A stretch of DNA of 64,000 bases from Eledone cirrhosa (GCA_964016885.1 OZ024741.1:273854001-273918000); one strand, 5' to 3'; shown: positions 39,342-53,248, counted from the first letter of the stretch. Numbers and translations are program-made. The notes: generated by a model not told the origin, from the sequence alone.

Positions 39342-40191
39342 TAAAACATGTCTATAGAATCACAAGATAAAATATATACTATTTCCTCTCCCAATTAGCA
39401 TAATTAACCATATAAAAAATCGAATAGACCAGGCTATAAGAATGAGGCTTCTATGAAGAAATCTCCGACAAATAACCGAAACTAGCGCTTCGCGTCGGCT
39501 GTAGCGGAATATTTATCGAATATTTCGACAGCGTAATCGCCCAGATATAGTCAACTAAACAGAATTAGGTGTAAAATAAACTAGGAGAAAATAGAATACA
39601 TTTAGATACCTCTACCATGGTTTCGTCCGTATTTTGAGTTTTCCAATAATTATGTAATAATTATATAAACTCGAGCGCCGGATTCATCAGGAAGCTCGCT
39701 CTTATCTAGACACTAAATTTTCCCAAGTGATCGCGCCAAGAAATTCATTTCAAAATGGCTAAAAATCGTGACGTAGTCGCGGTCAGGTTGGAAGGGGTGT
39801 GGTAGTTGCTTACGACTGGTGGCATTTTTGCTAGAAAGCACAGCACAATACAGCCAAATTTGTATCTCAACCTAATGGGAGATTATTACATATAAAAGTT
39901 TACATATATATATACATACATATACATATACGTGTTTTGCAACTGGTCACTTTGTTTGGGTTATTTGTCGGAGATTTCTTCATAGAAGCCTCATTCTTAT
40001 AGCCTGGTCTATTCGATTTTTATATGGTTAATTATGCTAATTGGGAGAGGAAATAGTATATATTTATCTTGTGATTCTATAGACATGTTTTATGATATAT
40101 AGCTCTGATTGTTTAATTTATTAATTTTTCATTGAGCCACAAAGTGACCAGTTGCAAAACACGTATATGTATATGTATGTATATATGTAAA

Positions 40192-40198
<7 letters not shown>
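39338..40198 (-). mobile_element. (TA)-flanked hammerhead element with a 5' inversion crossing the unit junction
   Basis: 39338-39477 is inverted at 39959-40098, and 39892-39953 is inverted at 40140-40198. Confidence 0.8.
39609..39694 (-). ncRNA. Type I hammerhead ribozyme with long stem II
   Basis: Minus strand: CTTC-CTGATGA-ATCCG..GAGTTT..ATAATTA/TAATTAT..AAACTC..CGGAC-GAAAC-CATG-GTA-GAGG. Confidence 0.82.
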
Positions 40199-40255
<57 letters not shown>

Positions 40256-40322
40256 TATACACAATAGATAATACGGGTTTAAAATATATGGTTAGAAATA
40301 TATATTTATACACACACACACA

Positions 40323-40359
<37 letters not shown>

Positions 40360-40434
40360 ATTTGTGTGTTTGTGTCTAGGTTTTATATGCATATATAATA
40401 CTACTTATCTACATATAAAAATATTAGCATGTTT

Positions 40435-41135
40435 GTTTATGTATGTGTATGTGTCTGTATTTGTATATGTACGAGTGTCTGGTGTATGTCTGTAAGTGTA
40501 TATGTATGTATATATGTATATGTATGTATATGAGTGTCTGTATGTGTATGTCTCTGTATGTGTGTCTATATGCGTATGTGTGTTTTCTGTATGTGTATGT
40601 ATATGCATATATGTATGTATACCTGTGTCCGTATGCATATGCATTAGTGTCAATGTATATGTGTGTCTGTATGTATATGTGTATGTATATATATGTGTGT
40701 GAATGTATGCTTATATGTATGTATATGTGTGTATCTATGTGTATATGTATGTATATGTATGTATATGTTTATCTGTATGTGTATATATCTATATCTATAT
40801 GTGTGTGTATATATATGTGTGTTTGTATGTATATAAATGTGTGTGTATATATATGTGTGAATGTATGCTTATATGTATGTATATGTGTGTATCTATGTGT
40901 ATATGTATGTATATGTATGTATATGTTTATCTGTATGTGTATATATATATATCTATATGTGTGTGTGTGTGTGTGTATGTGTGTATATATATATGTGTGT
41001 TTGTATTATATAAGTGTGTGTGTGTATATATGTGTGTTTGTATGCATATAAGTGTGTGTGTATATATGTGTGTTTGTATTATATAAGTGTGTGTGTATAT
41101 ACATATGTGTGTTTGTATGTATATAAGTGTGTGAG
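40435..41135. repeat. Degenerate (TG/TA)n low-complexity tract
   Basis: Direct reading. Confidence 0.85.
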
Positions 41136-41358
41136 TATTAGCGATCACAAAACATTTCTCTAAATCATTCTCAGTTAAGAACGAATATATTCTAAAGATG
41201 GAGGAAAGTTTGAAGCCGAAATCAATAATACTTTGTATTTTTCAATATATCAAGTGTAAGTTCTGGGGCCTTCAGGGGAAGGGAAAACCATTTGCTATGT
41301 ACTCCCTGATAGAATATCTGTAGGCAATCAGTATAATGTCCGTATGTATGTATATATA

Positions 41359-41440
<82 letters not shown>

Positions 41441-41537
41441 TAAAAATCCATAGAAAAACAAGCATGTATTTATACATGTACACTTACGTACGTACGTACA
41501 TACATGCATACATACACACATACATACATAAATATAC

Positions 41538-41608
<71 letters not shown>

Positions 41609-41700
41609 CAATTGAGAGTGGCTTGGAAGTTTAGCCGTTTGTTCATTATTTTTATGCCTGTACACACACACACACACACACACGAATATATACTGGATGC

Positions 41701-41775
<75 letters not shown>

Positions 41776-42403
41776 TATTCATATGTCTGTTGTTGTCTTT
41801 TAATTTTGAGTTTTATTTTTGACTGGCCAACTTCCCGGTGGCAAAATTGCGAAGAAAAGAAAAATTTCGCGCCCCCCCCCCCCTCTACAATCGTTTAACC
41901 TTTAATTCTGAAGAAAGGTTTACAAATTTTAAAGGTTACCGATATCGCGGCCATTTGTAGCTTTTGTTTTAAGGAGCGACATTCTTTTTCCACAAATGCA
42001 AGTTCAACTATACTTTAGTCCAAGCGGGTTGCTATATAACATGTAGCTCTCAAAATAATAGTTCAGAAGCTGAACGTGCATGTTGGATACTGGATCTGCT
42101 CACCAATGGTTCGTAGATATCCTCTCACTCTTGCATTTTTCTTACTACATTGGCTTCGAGTGGTCAGCTGAGTTCTACAACAGAGTACGTTTTTGAAGTG
42201 TGGTCACAAACAACATTATCTTGCACGCAGTGTTCTAATTTGGTGGCGGTTTAGGTTCCACCAATATTCATTTAAGCCAGCAGTTTCAACACATTCGTAC
42301 TATATGTATATATGTACAAACATATGCATATATGTATGTGTGTATGTATATATACAGGGTGTTCCCACAAAATTTATACACATTTGGTTACCTGTACAGG
42401 CAA

Positions 42404-42500
42404 TAACTTTGCCTTTCATCCTTACGGGGTCGATAAAATAAAGTACCAGTAATGCATTGGGTAATTGCTGACCTTGTGCCAAAAGTAGAAACAATTATTA
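42404..42500 (+). mobile_element. 5'-truncated family 1 SINE
   Basis: Core and tail match 37305-37397. Confidence 0.85.
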
Positions 42501-42580
42501 GAATGCACAGCCTTTCACAAAAATAAAATGATCTACATAATTCAACAGTATGTAAACACCCCAAAATGTTTACATAATTT

Positions 42581-42742
42581 AAATAATTGTTTCTACTTTT
42601 GGCACAAGGCCAGCAATTATTTCATTGACCCAGTAAGGATGAAAGGCAAAGTTAACCTCGGCGAGATTTGAATTCAGACCGTAAAGTGTTGTAACTCTAT
42701 GCTGCAAGGCATGGCGTCTGACCATATAGCGATACTGCCAAT
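42581..42742 (-). mobile_element. Family 1 SINE with internal deletion
   Basis: Reverse-complement match including A-box and B-box. Confidence 0.82.
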
Positions 42743-42873
42743 TCAATAAAACAGAATTTATTTTAATGCATTTTTTAAAAATTTGAACTGTGTATACATT
42801 TCTAATACTCATGAGAGACTGAGGACGGTAAGGTGTATTGAGCTTATCTCACCTTATAGTATATATATATATA

Positions 42874-42955
42874 TTAGGTTGCAACATAAATTCCCACAGT
42901 TGTTATAATTTGTTTGCGTTCAAGAACGGCGGGAATTTATGTTACAAGCAAATAC
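42874..42955. mobile_element. Possible tiny Tc1/mariner-type MITE
   Basis: Imperfect TIRs TTGCAACATAAATTCCC / GGGAATTTATGTTACAA next to TA. Confidence 0.35.
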
Positions 42956-43062
42956 ATATTCCAAAATGGCGAATTGAACGTTTTATTCTCCAAAAATGTT
43001 TTTCCATTTTTTTCTCTTTTCACTTTCCACTATTTTTTCTATTTCTTATAATTTTCATTGTA

Positions 43063-43098
43063 TCTTCTGAAGAAAGAATAACGCCCGAAACGTTAGGA
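43063..43098 (+). ncRNA. Degenerate minimal hammerhead (Penelope pLTR-like)
   Basis: TCTT-CTGAAGA-..-GAAACGTT-AGGA. Stem II no longer pairs. Downstream 43125-43180 has a diverged inverted copy at ~43405-43452. Confidence 0.5.
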
Positions 43099-43236
43099 CT
43101 CTTTCACTTCAAATATCAAGCATCAAACTAATATGTATCTCCATCGTACTGTATCGTTCTGTCTGTTGTTATCCGTTTACTTTTCGCATACAATATATAC
43201 ACACACACCTATATCTATCTATCTATCTATTTATTT

Positions 43237-43329
<93 letters not shown>

Positions 43330-43571
43330 TCTCTCTCTGTATATATATGTATAGGGAGAGATAGATAGATATGTGCGTGTATTTGTGTGCCAAAAATAAA
43401 GGGTAAACAATAGACCAAACGATACTGTACAATGAAGATACATATTAGTTTAATATACACACACAGACATATATATATGCGCGTGCGTGTGTGCGTGCGT
43501 GCGTGCGGGCGTGCGTGCGTGCGTGTGTACGTACGTGCGTGCGTGTGTGTGTATGTATTTCTCCCGTGTTC

Positions 43572-43617
43572 AATCCTGATGATTCCTTCCAATGAAACAG
43601 TTCTAATCCTGTAGAAG
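43572..43617 (+). ncRNA. Hammerhead with 4-bp stem III
   Basis: CTGATGA..GAAACAG-TTCTAATC-CTGTA-GAAG. Same family as 62510-62556. Confidence 0.6.
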
Positions 43618-43950
43618 CCATTTCTATATTAAGCATCTATTTATATATATGTATGTATATATAATTTTCAGTGTGTGTGTGTGTGTAGATGTTACACATA
43701 TATATTCAATATAGTGAAATGTAAAATAAACTGGAAAATCAATCGGGAGTATGAATTAATGAATGAAAATGAAGTTTGAAGTGTTTACATCTGGTCATGT
43801 GATGTGTTGTGGTCCCTAGGGTTGGGTAGAGATGTCGGGCGTGGGTGTGTGTATGTATGTGTGTGTCTGTGTCTGTGTGGATGTATCTGTTTTTCCTTAT
43901 GTGTGCATGTCTGTGTAAGTAGGTGGATGAGATTTGTGTTCGTGGTGAAA

Positions 43951-43990
<40 letters not shown>

Positions 43991-44029
43991 AGATATCTAT
44001 GTATATATATATATATGTGTGTGTGTATG

Positions 44030-44085
<56 letters not shown>

Positions 44086-44379
44086 AATGTGTGTGTTCTG
44101 TGCAAGTTTTGTGTGTGTTAGCGTGGTGTGTTTGTGTGTATGTTGTGTCTAGGAATATGTGTGTGGTGATCGAGTAAGCTTTAATGCATATGTGTAAGTA
44201 TGTATGTATTTGTATGTGTATGTGTGTATATGTTTGTGTATGAGAGCCAGAGCTCATTCGGAACACAGCCAAGAAAATATGGAAAGGTGTGTGTAGTGTG
44301 TGAAAATATGTGAAGTGTGTATGTATATATATATATATATGTGTGTGTGTATATATATATATATATATGTGTGTGAGTG

Positions 44380-44496
<117 letters not shown>

Positions 44497-44505
44497 ATAT
44501 ATATA

Positions 44506-44594
<89 letters not shown>

Positions 44595-44601
44595 ATATAT
44601 A

Positions 44602-44657
<56 letters not shown>

Positions 44658-44679
44658 TATGTGTGTGTGTGTATATATA

Positions 44680-44770
<91 letters not shown>

Positions 44771-45199
44771 GTATATGTATATGTATGTATAGAAATTGTG
44801 TGTATTCGTGTATGCGCGAGCGTGTGTCGATACATATGAAAGCTGTGTGTATATGTCGATATATATGACAGGTGTGTACATGTATGTGTGTGTATGCGTG
44901 GTGCATGTGTGTATATGTCGATATATATGAGAGGTGTGTGTATGTATATCTGTACATGTGTGTGTGTGTGTGTGTACGTGTCAATATATATGAAAGGAAA
45001 TTAAGTTTAAAACCAAATATTTTCTGGTTTACTTCCTCTCCGCCATTGTTCATTGTGCTATATTTAATCCTTGTCACGTGTTTCACGTTTATCACATGAC
45101 CACTCAAGGAAATTGAAATCGGGCTTTGTGTTCGATTATAAATTAATACAGAGCTTTAAATAACTCTATATTGTTTAACATTCCATATAGAGTGTTAAC

Positions 45200-45900
45200 C
45201 AACATGTAGCGTATTAAACAATATGTAGTTTTAAACCATAAAATATAGCGTTTAAAACAATATGTGGTTTTAAACCATAAAATATAGCGTATAAAACTAT
45301 ATGTAGTGTTAAACCATATAGCGTAAAAAAAATAATACGTAGTTTTAAATAATATAGCGTATAAAACAATATTTAGTTTTAAACAATATAGATTATTAAG
45401 CAATATTTAGTTTTGAACAATATAAATTATTAAACAATATTTAGTTTTAAACAATATAGATTATTAAACAATATTTAGTTTTAAACAATATAGATTATTT
45501 AACAATATTTAGTTTTAAACAATATAGAGTATTAAACAATATTTAGTTTTAAGAAATATAGAGTATTAAACAATATTTAGTATTAAACAATATAGAGTAT
45601 TAAACAATATTGAGTTTTAAACAATATAGAGTATTAAACAATATTTAGTTTTAAATAATATAGAGTATTAAATATTAAAGCTTGTCAAAGCATATAAAAT
45701 ATGAAATAATTTGAAATATTAACGAATATAGAGTATTAAAAATTATAGAATACTGGATTATATAGAGTATTAAACAATATAGATTATTGAATATTAAAGC
45801 GTATTAAACAATATAGAGTACTAAATACGGTAAAATATTAAACTATATAGAGTATTAAATAAGGTAAAATATTAAACAATATTATCATATTAAGTAAAAT
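45200..45900. repeat. AT-rich minisatellite, 17-bp subunits in a 34-bp dimer
   Basis: AAACAATATTTAGTTTT / AAACAATATAGATTATT alternation, clearest at 45364-45670. Confidence 0.85.
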
Positions 45901-45924
45901 AGAATATTAAATAATATAAAATAT

Positions 45925-46087
45925 GAAACCTAGAAAGTTTCCCTTCGAGGCACAATCCTTTGTTTGTGGAAGACCAGCAGTCGCCCATGCATACTAATCT
46001 TCACGCCACTGATGTTGTCCAAGGGAAAGACAATGGCGGATACAACTTGGCACCAGTGACGTCGCACTCATATATACACAGTATATA

Positions 46088-46146
<59 letters not shown>

Positions 46147-46563
46147 CGAAGCATAAGTCAATTGCATGAACTCATAATCCTTTATTTACTGCTATATATA
46201 TTTCGATGATAGCCATTCAATGGCTATCATCGAAATATATATAGCAGTAAATATATGTTTCGTTACTATTATAACTCCGGAACTTTTATCTTCGCTGAGT
46301 GCTCCCTATCCGCATACTGAAGTACTGGATTTTACCAACACTTACTTTCTTGCTTATATATATATATACTATATATGATGTCCAAGGGAAAGGCAATGGC
46401 TGATACAGCTTGTCACCAGTGACGTCGCAACCCATTTCTACAGCTGGAGCAGCGTGAAATAATGTAGGTTGCTCAAGGACACAACGTATCACCCGGTCCG
46501 AGAATCAAACTCATAACCTCTCAATTGCAAACTCAATGTTTTAACCACTAAACTATGCGCTTT
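45925..46563 (-). mobile_element. Family 2 SINE interrupted by (TA)n and a hairpin element
   Basis: Head on minus at 46430-46563 (A-box-like TAGTTTAGTGG). 46011-46066 is duplicated at 46377-46429. Confidence 0.65.
46183..46253. repeat. Perfect 35+1+35 palindrome containing a 3' half hammerhead
   Basis: TATTTACTGCTATATATATTTCGATGATAGCCATT-C-AATGGCTATCATCGAAATATATATAGCAGTAAATA. Confidence 0.85.
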
Positions 46564-46988
46564 CGTAAATATTATAGAATATTTAAACATTATAGAATAC
46601 TAGCAGAAAAACCACTTTCGGGTGGTTTTCTGCTAACATGTGTAGTGTGTATATTGATATTATACGCAAGTATATATACATGTAGATATGATACATCAAA
46701 TAAAATCGTAATTGACAATATACACAGAAATTGAACGAAGACTGCGTTACACTCTCTTCTGTAATCAGGAAAGTAATCCATGGTACATTAAAAAATGATG
46801 ATATTATATATAAACTGCATTAGCAGAAAATTAGTGACGGAAATATATGAATGTTTATTTAAGCGATCGCTAGCCGGAAGTGTTGACATTTGAAAATGTT
46901 AAAGAAGTGAATCTTTAAATAAGCAATCAAATATATTTAATCAACAGCTACGAAATTTAGTAGATACATTATGTAATATTCATTCATT

Positions 46989-47171
46989 ATGGCAGTATTG
47001 GTAGAGGGTCGGACGCCATGCTTTGAGGTATAGAGTTACGGTCCTTGCCATTCTGAGTTCATATCCCGCGGAGGTTAACTTTGCCTTTCATCCTTACAGG
47101 GTCGATAAAATAAAGAACCAGTAATGTACTGGGTAATTGTTGGCCTTCTGCCAAACGTAGAAACAATTATT
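46989..47171 (+). mobile_element. Family 1 SINE
   Basis: Matches 37206-37397. Confidence 0.88.
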
Positions 47172-48289
47172 TATTCATAGTAATCCAACTTATTTTACTA
47201 ACTAGATTAAAAGAAATAAACCGCACGTAGTCACCCACTCCTTACTTTATTATAGTTTAGATTAAATATTATATAGCAGTGAGCCATGTAGAGTATTGAA
47301 TATTATAACTCGGGGTCGTAAAAACACGTAACTTCGACAAAATATTTTGTTCTAGCACTTTCCACCCTAACCAGACATCATCTACCCCCTCCTTCTCCGT
47401 CTCCCCCTTGCAATCAAACGTTATCAAGCCTCCCCTTCCCTTGCAATCAGACATCATATACCCTACCCCCCACTTGCAATCAGAGATCTTACCCTTCCCC
47501 GTCCACCTTTCCTTGCAATCGGACATTATCTACTTCCCCTCTCCCGTCTTGCAATCAGAGATCAGCTACCATCTATATACAGACGAAAACATTTTTATAG
47601 TTATATACAAAGATATTGTATTAAATAAACACCCGAAATTGATCTCTTCATGCCGACATAAAATAAAATATATTTTAAAATACTCTACTAATGACTGGCC
47701 TATATAACTCCCTATTCGTTTCAACCACATAAACCCATTTAACCACATCCTTTTATTGTCGCTGATAAATATGATGACGTCAGTCACATTCCCCTAGCTC
47801 ATATCACTTTCATTTTTATTTGTCACAAAAATCATGAAACTGCAGTATTTTATATTTTACGAGCCACCGAGATAAACACTACGTGATCATCTGTGTTTAC
47901 GTTTGTGTCTGTGTCTCTGTTTATATCCACTAACTTAATCTTTACTTGGAAAAATAAGTACTGGATTTGATATGATTGACTTAAATCAAGGTGATGTTCA
48001 AGCATGGCCGCAATCTAATGATTGAAACAAGTAAAAAACAAAAAATATAAAAGAGTATCTTTTATTAGAAATATATATATGGTAATGAAAAGGTTAAGAC
48101 TGCCTCTACTTCACAAGTTGTCTCACTTAATAACGACTACATGATTGTCTCCCTTTCTTAAAGCGGCTCGCAAGAAGACAATGTTTAGACTGGTTTACGG
48201 ATATTAACATTGAGTCAGTGTTTAAGAGCATGACATGCGAAAGAAATCTTACAAGATTGAACAAAAATAGTTTCAGGTCACTACTACTC

Positions 48290-48740
48290 CGAATTGAGAT
48301 ATCAAAGATCGGAGATCAGAGAGTCACTCCAGGTAGAGGCGTTATTTCTCCGAATTGAGAGATTACAGCTCTGATACTAAGGGCATGTGGTTAAAATGTT
48401 TCAGGAAAGAATCATAGGAGACGCTCCTGGTAGGGTCGCTTCTTCTTCGAATTGAGGGATCACAGCTCCGGTATTATGAGCATATGGTGAGAATGTCTCA
48501 GGAAAGAATCGCTGGACAGATTTTACGGGCAAAACCAGTTGGCAGGTAATCCAGGGGTAGACCCTGAGCAAGATGGTTGCATAGCATCCATGAGCTGCTT
48601 GACTGGTCTCGATTGGGGATTCTGCCGGATCAGTTGGAGACAGCTGCTCCTGACAAGACCCGCTGGAAGGAGTGTTTGAGGACTCTGGCCCCACGACCCT
48701 CTCAGGAATAAATGAGCGAAGAAGAAGAAAAAGAAAAAGA
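48290..48740 (+). mobile_element. RTE-clade LINE 3' fragment with (GAA)n tail
   Basis: EIRESLQVEALFLRIERLQL..GHV; LRIEGSQLRYYEHMVRMSQERI..RGRP*ARW..DKTRWKECLRTLAPRPSQE*, with an internal duplication. Confidence 0.78.
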
Positions 48741-48755
48741 ACAACAACAACAGCA

Positions 48756-48787
<32 letters not shown>

Positions 48788-48945
48788 AATACATGCATGC
48801 ATGGTCCCGTAATTCCCGAGAGAGTCGCTTAGGCACCATATTGACATGCGGTCTATCTAGGGCATTTTAAAACCTGGCAGAGCCCATCTCCTTTCCAGGT
48901 CTGAACACAGCTGATCTCTTCCAGAGAAGGACAGAGAGAGTGGCA
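48756..48945 (-). mobile_element. Probable degenerate RTE-type 3' end with (TAG)n tail
   Basis: Minus strand VLLWK..RPG then ALDR.., ending in (GTA)n. Confidence 0.4.
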
Positions 48946-48976
48946 GAATGGAAGTGAGAAAGAGATATAAAGTAAG

Positions 48977-49135
48977 AATTGACCCCAAGAACTAGACTGG
49001 TACTTTTTTTATCGACCCCGAATGGATGAAAGACAAAGTTAAGCTCTGTGGGATTTGAACGCAGAGAGCAAAGAGACAGAACGAACACTGCAAAGCATTC
49101 TATCTGACGTTCTAATGACTCTACCAATTCGCCGC
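48977..49135 (-). mobile_element. Diverged family 1 SINE
   Basis: TTTTATCGACCCCGAATGGATGAAAG core and GGGATTTGAAC (B-box on minus). Confidence 0.78.
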
Positions 49136-49270
49136 CACAACAACAACAATAGCAACAGCAACAACAACACTACCACCGCTACCAACAACAGCAGCAACAA
49201 CAACAACTGCAGCAAAATTAACTACCAACACAACAACAATAACAATAGCAAAAACACCACCACCACCACC

Positions 49271-49302
<32 letters not shown>

Positions 49303-49830
49303 CACCAACACCAACACCACCACCCACACCACCACCAACAACAAAAACATCACTACCACCACCACCACCACCACCACCAACACTACCACCACCGACACGA
49401 CCACCAACAACAACATCACCACCGACACCACCACCACCACCAACAGCAACCACCATCACCACCACCACCAACAGCAACCACCATCACCACCACCACCAAC
49501 CACGCCATCACCACCTCCACCACTACTAATAGCACCACCACCACCACCACCACCACCACATCACCACAACCACCACCACCACCACCACCACCACTACCAA
49601 CAACAACACCACCACCAACACCACCACTACCTACAACAACACCACCACCACCAACAACAACAACATCACCACCACCACCACCACCACCACCACCAACACC
49701 ACCACCACCACCACCACCACCATCAACAATATTACTGCCACCAACACCAACAACATCACTACCACCACCACCACCACCACAACCAGCACCAACAACAACA
49801 ACGACAACGACAACAACAACAACAACAACA
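49135..49830. repeat. (CAA/CAC)n tract
   Basis: Direct reading. Confidence 0.92.
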
Positions 49831-50130
49831 TTATAAGTGGTGAACATATGGTATGTCTAAATGAAATGTAATTATATATGTTAAATTTTCCCTATTTAAT
49901 TTCCCCGTCACTAATTAATTTCCTAAAATAATTTCATATATTTAATTTTCTGATTACGGTGTAATTAGAATTGATGTCGGAATTACTCAAGTGGAAATAC
50001 TGTGGATGTACAGTTATGGCCGGGTGTTTAAGGAGTTAATTTAGCTACCGCTTGGTTTCAGGGTTCAGCTTCAGTCCTACTGCGTGGTACCTTGGACATT
50101 GAAGCCTTCTATGGTTATATCCACGAATTA

Positions 50131-50781
50131 GGGTGGTGGATTGGCAGAATCGGTGGAGCGTCGGGCAACGTACTTTACAATATAGAGTTACGGCCTTTTA
50201 CGTTCTGAGTTCAAATTCTGCCTATGTTAGCCTTGCCTTTTATCCTTACGGGGTCGATAAATTAAAGTACCAGTAACAGACTGAGGTCGATTTAATCGAC
50301 CTTCCTCTCCCATTCAAATTTCTGGCCTTGTGCTTGTATGAGAAATTATTATTAAACCCTCGAGTGTATTACTGGTACTTTATTTTATCGACCCCGTAAG
50401 GATGAAAGGTAAAGTTAGCCACAAATATCGCCGAGGTTAACTTTGCCTTTCATCCTTACGAGGTCGATAAAATAAAGTACCAGTAATACACTGGAATAAT
50501 TCCTGGCCTTGTGCCAAAAGTAGAAACAATTATTATACCCTCGAGTAGAGCGGGGGGGGGTTGGCAGTATCGGTAGAGCTTCGGACACCGTGCTTTGCAT
50601 AGAGTTACGGCCCTTTACGGTCTGAGTTCAAATTCCACAGGAGTTAAGCCTTGCCTTTCATCCTTTCGGGTTTGATAAAATGAAGTACCTTGGGTCGATT
50701 TAATCTACCCCACCCCCCACACACACACTTCAAATTGTTGGCCTTGTGCCTAAAGTAGAAACAATTATTATAGCCTCGAGT
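50131..50781 (+). mobile_element. Cluster of three family 1 SINEs (50131-50353; 50366-50536 with 5' inversion; 50550-50771)
   Basis: Core motif in each copy, and each is followed by (C/G)CCTCGAGT. Confidence 0.85.
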
Positions 50782-51139
50782 TGTATATAAATTTTGATCA
50801 ATATAGAAAATATCGATTATATTGTCTGGCAATCGATCAATGAAAGATCAGGTAAAATCTATCCAAAATCATTACGTAGATATATAGATAAAAAAAAAGG
50901 CAGAGGAAAAGGAGGAAAGTAAGCAATGAACTCACATAAAGATCGTAAATACCAATCCTTAAGGCCTATACAGATCTGTTTCGTTCAAACAGAAATAATT
51001 TCGATTACCATTTTTAGATAAAAAGCAACATTAAGATGCTAGAAACATCTACAGTAGGTAAAATCTGATATATTTACATAGTTCCAGCCGCCAATCATGC
51101 GATCAAAATCAGAAACTGTGAAAACATGTAAACTGACGC

Positions 51140-51440
51140 CTAAGCGGAATCACCAAGCGAGATCAGCGAAGTTCATGGATGTTATCCAACCATCGTGCTG
51201 GGGTTCTAGCCCTGTCTCTCCTGTCGGTTAGTCATGTCCGTAGAATCTGCCCAGGGCTTCTTTCCTGGAACATTCTCACCACATGCCTATAGTACCGGGC
51301 CTCTGATTTCTCAATTCGAATAATCAGCGGCTCTACACGGAGTGACTCTCTGATCTCTGATCTACGCACTCTGTCGAGTAACGTTTCTCCAAAGAACCTT
51401 CGGAGGTACTTTATTTCGGCCGCTTGTATTCACGATCGTA
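51140..51440 (-). mobile_element. RTE-clade LINE fragment, same family as 48290-48740
   Basis: Minus strand: RIQAAEIKYLRRFFGETLLDRVRRSEIRESLRVEPLIIRIEK..RHVVRMFQER. Confidence 0.78.
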
Positions 51441-51558
51441 TTCTTTTGGCCGTTGTTGTTGTTACAGCTCATACCTATGCAGGTTTAGCTGGCCTCCTCC
51501 AAGGTATATTTCGTTGGAGGTGTCTTGGGTAATTTAATGATAGGGACCGCAGTCCTAT

Positions 51559-51704
51559 CATCTCATTTCTACACCTGAGTAAACTGGAGCAGCGTGAAAG
51601 AAAGTGTCTTGCTCAAGGAAACAACACATCACCCGGTCTGAGAATTGATCTTACAACCTTTCGATTGCAAGCCCAATGCTCTAACCACTAAGCCATGCGA
51701 CTTC
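51559..51704 (-). mobile_element. Family 2 SINE head
   Basis: A-box TGGCTTAGTGG on minus; matches 46430-46563. Confidence 0.75.
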
Positions 51705-52436
51705 TTTTGGTCATTACGCAAGATTCATAAATATAGTTAAGGGTTGACACGAATAATGAATTGAAGATAACGAGTTTCACTTTTACATCTATCTTGCTTC
51801 TGATTTCCGAATGCTGAAGTTGGAACATTACTGAATCAGTTCCTGTAATATTTACACTTAATTATAATTAAGTGTAAGTATTACAGGAACTGTAATACTT
51901 ATTGGAGATTGTTCTTGTAATTCAAAATCCATTCTTGTCACATACTGTGTTACGCTGATTCAGCTTAGAAATTACGTTAAGGGTACTACACTTCTCTGTG
52001 GAATACTCAACCACTTACACGTTACTTCACGTGAAGACGTTCAGTTGATCGTAAAACTGACAGTTCATCGTCGAAATTGACCAAGAATCTTTCATTTATA
52101 GACAATATTTCTTGTTTGTTCACCAGGAATTACATCTTGTATCTGGAATGGTCACTTGTCTGTCTGCCACTCCACCTCCTATGGTCACGTGTCTGCCCGC
52201 CCCTCACTCTATGATCACGTGTCTGCCTGCTCCCCCCTCTGTACTTCTACATAGATATTGTACTCTTATTTTGTCAAACAGCCGTCGTCCACCATGTAAA
52301 CCACGTGATCTCCTCCTCTCCCTTCTTCTGTAACTTAATAGTTACATCCTTCTTCTCCCTCACACCCTTTCCGTCATAGATATGTCACACTACCATCAAC
52401 TACACACACACACACACGTGCACACATATATATATG

Positions 52437-52586
<150 letters not shown>

Positions 52587-52657
52587 CTGATATATAGCTA
52601 TCTCACCACCACAATACATGTGTATATATATATATATATGTATGTATATATATATAT

Positions 52658-52862
52658 AACAAAGGAAATGTGGTAAGGAACCAGATGGACCATAAGGCAC
52701 CAGAGTACTCAATACTTAGGGTAGTAGAGTTGGAAATAGGAAAAAGTATGACCCCGACGGCAGAGCTCAAGCCGTTTCGACGGCTATTTCTGGACTCTTT
52801 TCAGTCCAGAAATAGCCGTCGAAACGGCTTGAGTTCTGCCGTCGGGGTCATAATTTTTCCTC
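52658..52862. mobile_element. (TA)-flanked fold-back element, GAAACGGC..GCCGTC family
   Basis: Arms ~52739-52796 and 52803-52860, with a unique tail to the left. Confidence 0.8.
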
Positions 52863-52895
<33 letters not shown>

Positions 52896-52995
52896 ATATA
52901 CATATCTCTCTATCTCTCTCTCTCGATCTCTCTCTCTCGATCTCTATATATATATATATATATATGTATGTATATATATACATATATATAGATGA

Positions 52996-53081
<86 letters not shown>

Positions 53082-53083
53082 GA

Positions 53084-53158
<75 letters not shown>

Positions 53159-53166
53159 TGTGTGTG

Positions 53167-53200
<34 letters not shown>

Positions 53201-53248
53201 TACACACACATATATATATATACACATACATATATATATGAATGTGTG

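Noticed and set aside
41185-41232. CTAAAGA..GG/CC..GAAA as a decayed hammerhead
   Set aside because: The core is mutated at an invariant position and the stems are too short to distinguish from chance.
41860-42290. Possible hAT transposase C-terminal remnant on minus (ARSASELLF*EL)
   Set aside because: Too short and degenerate to call without an HMM search.
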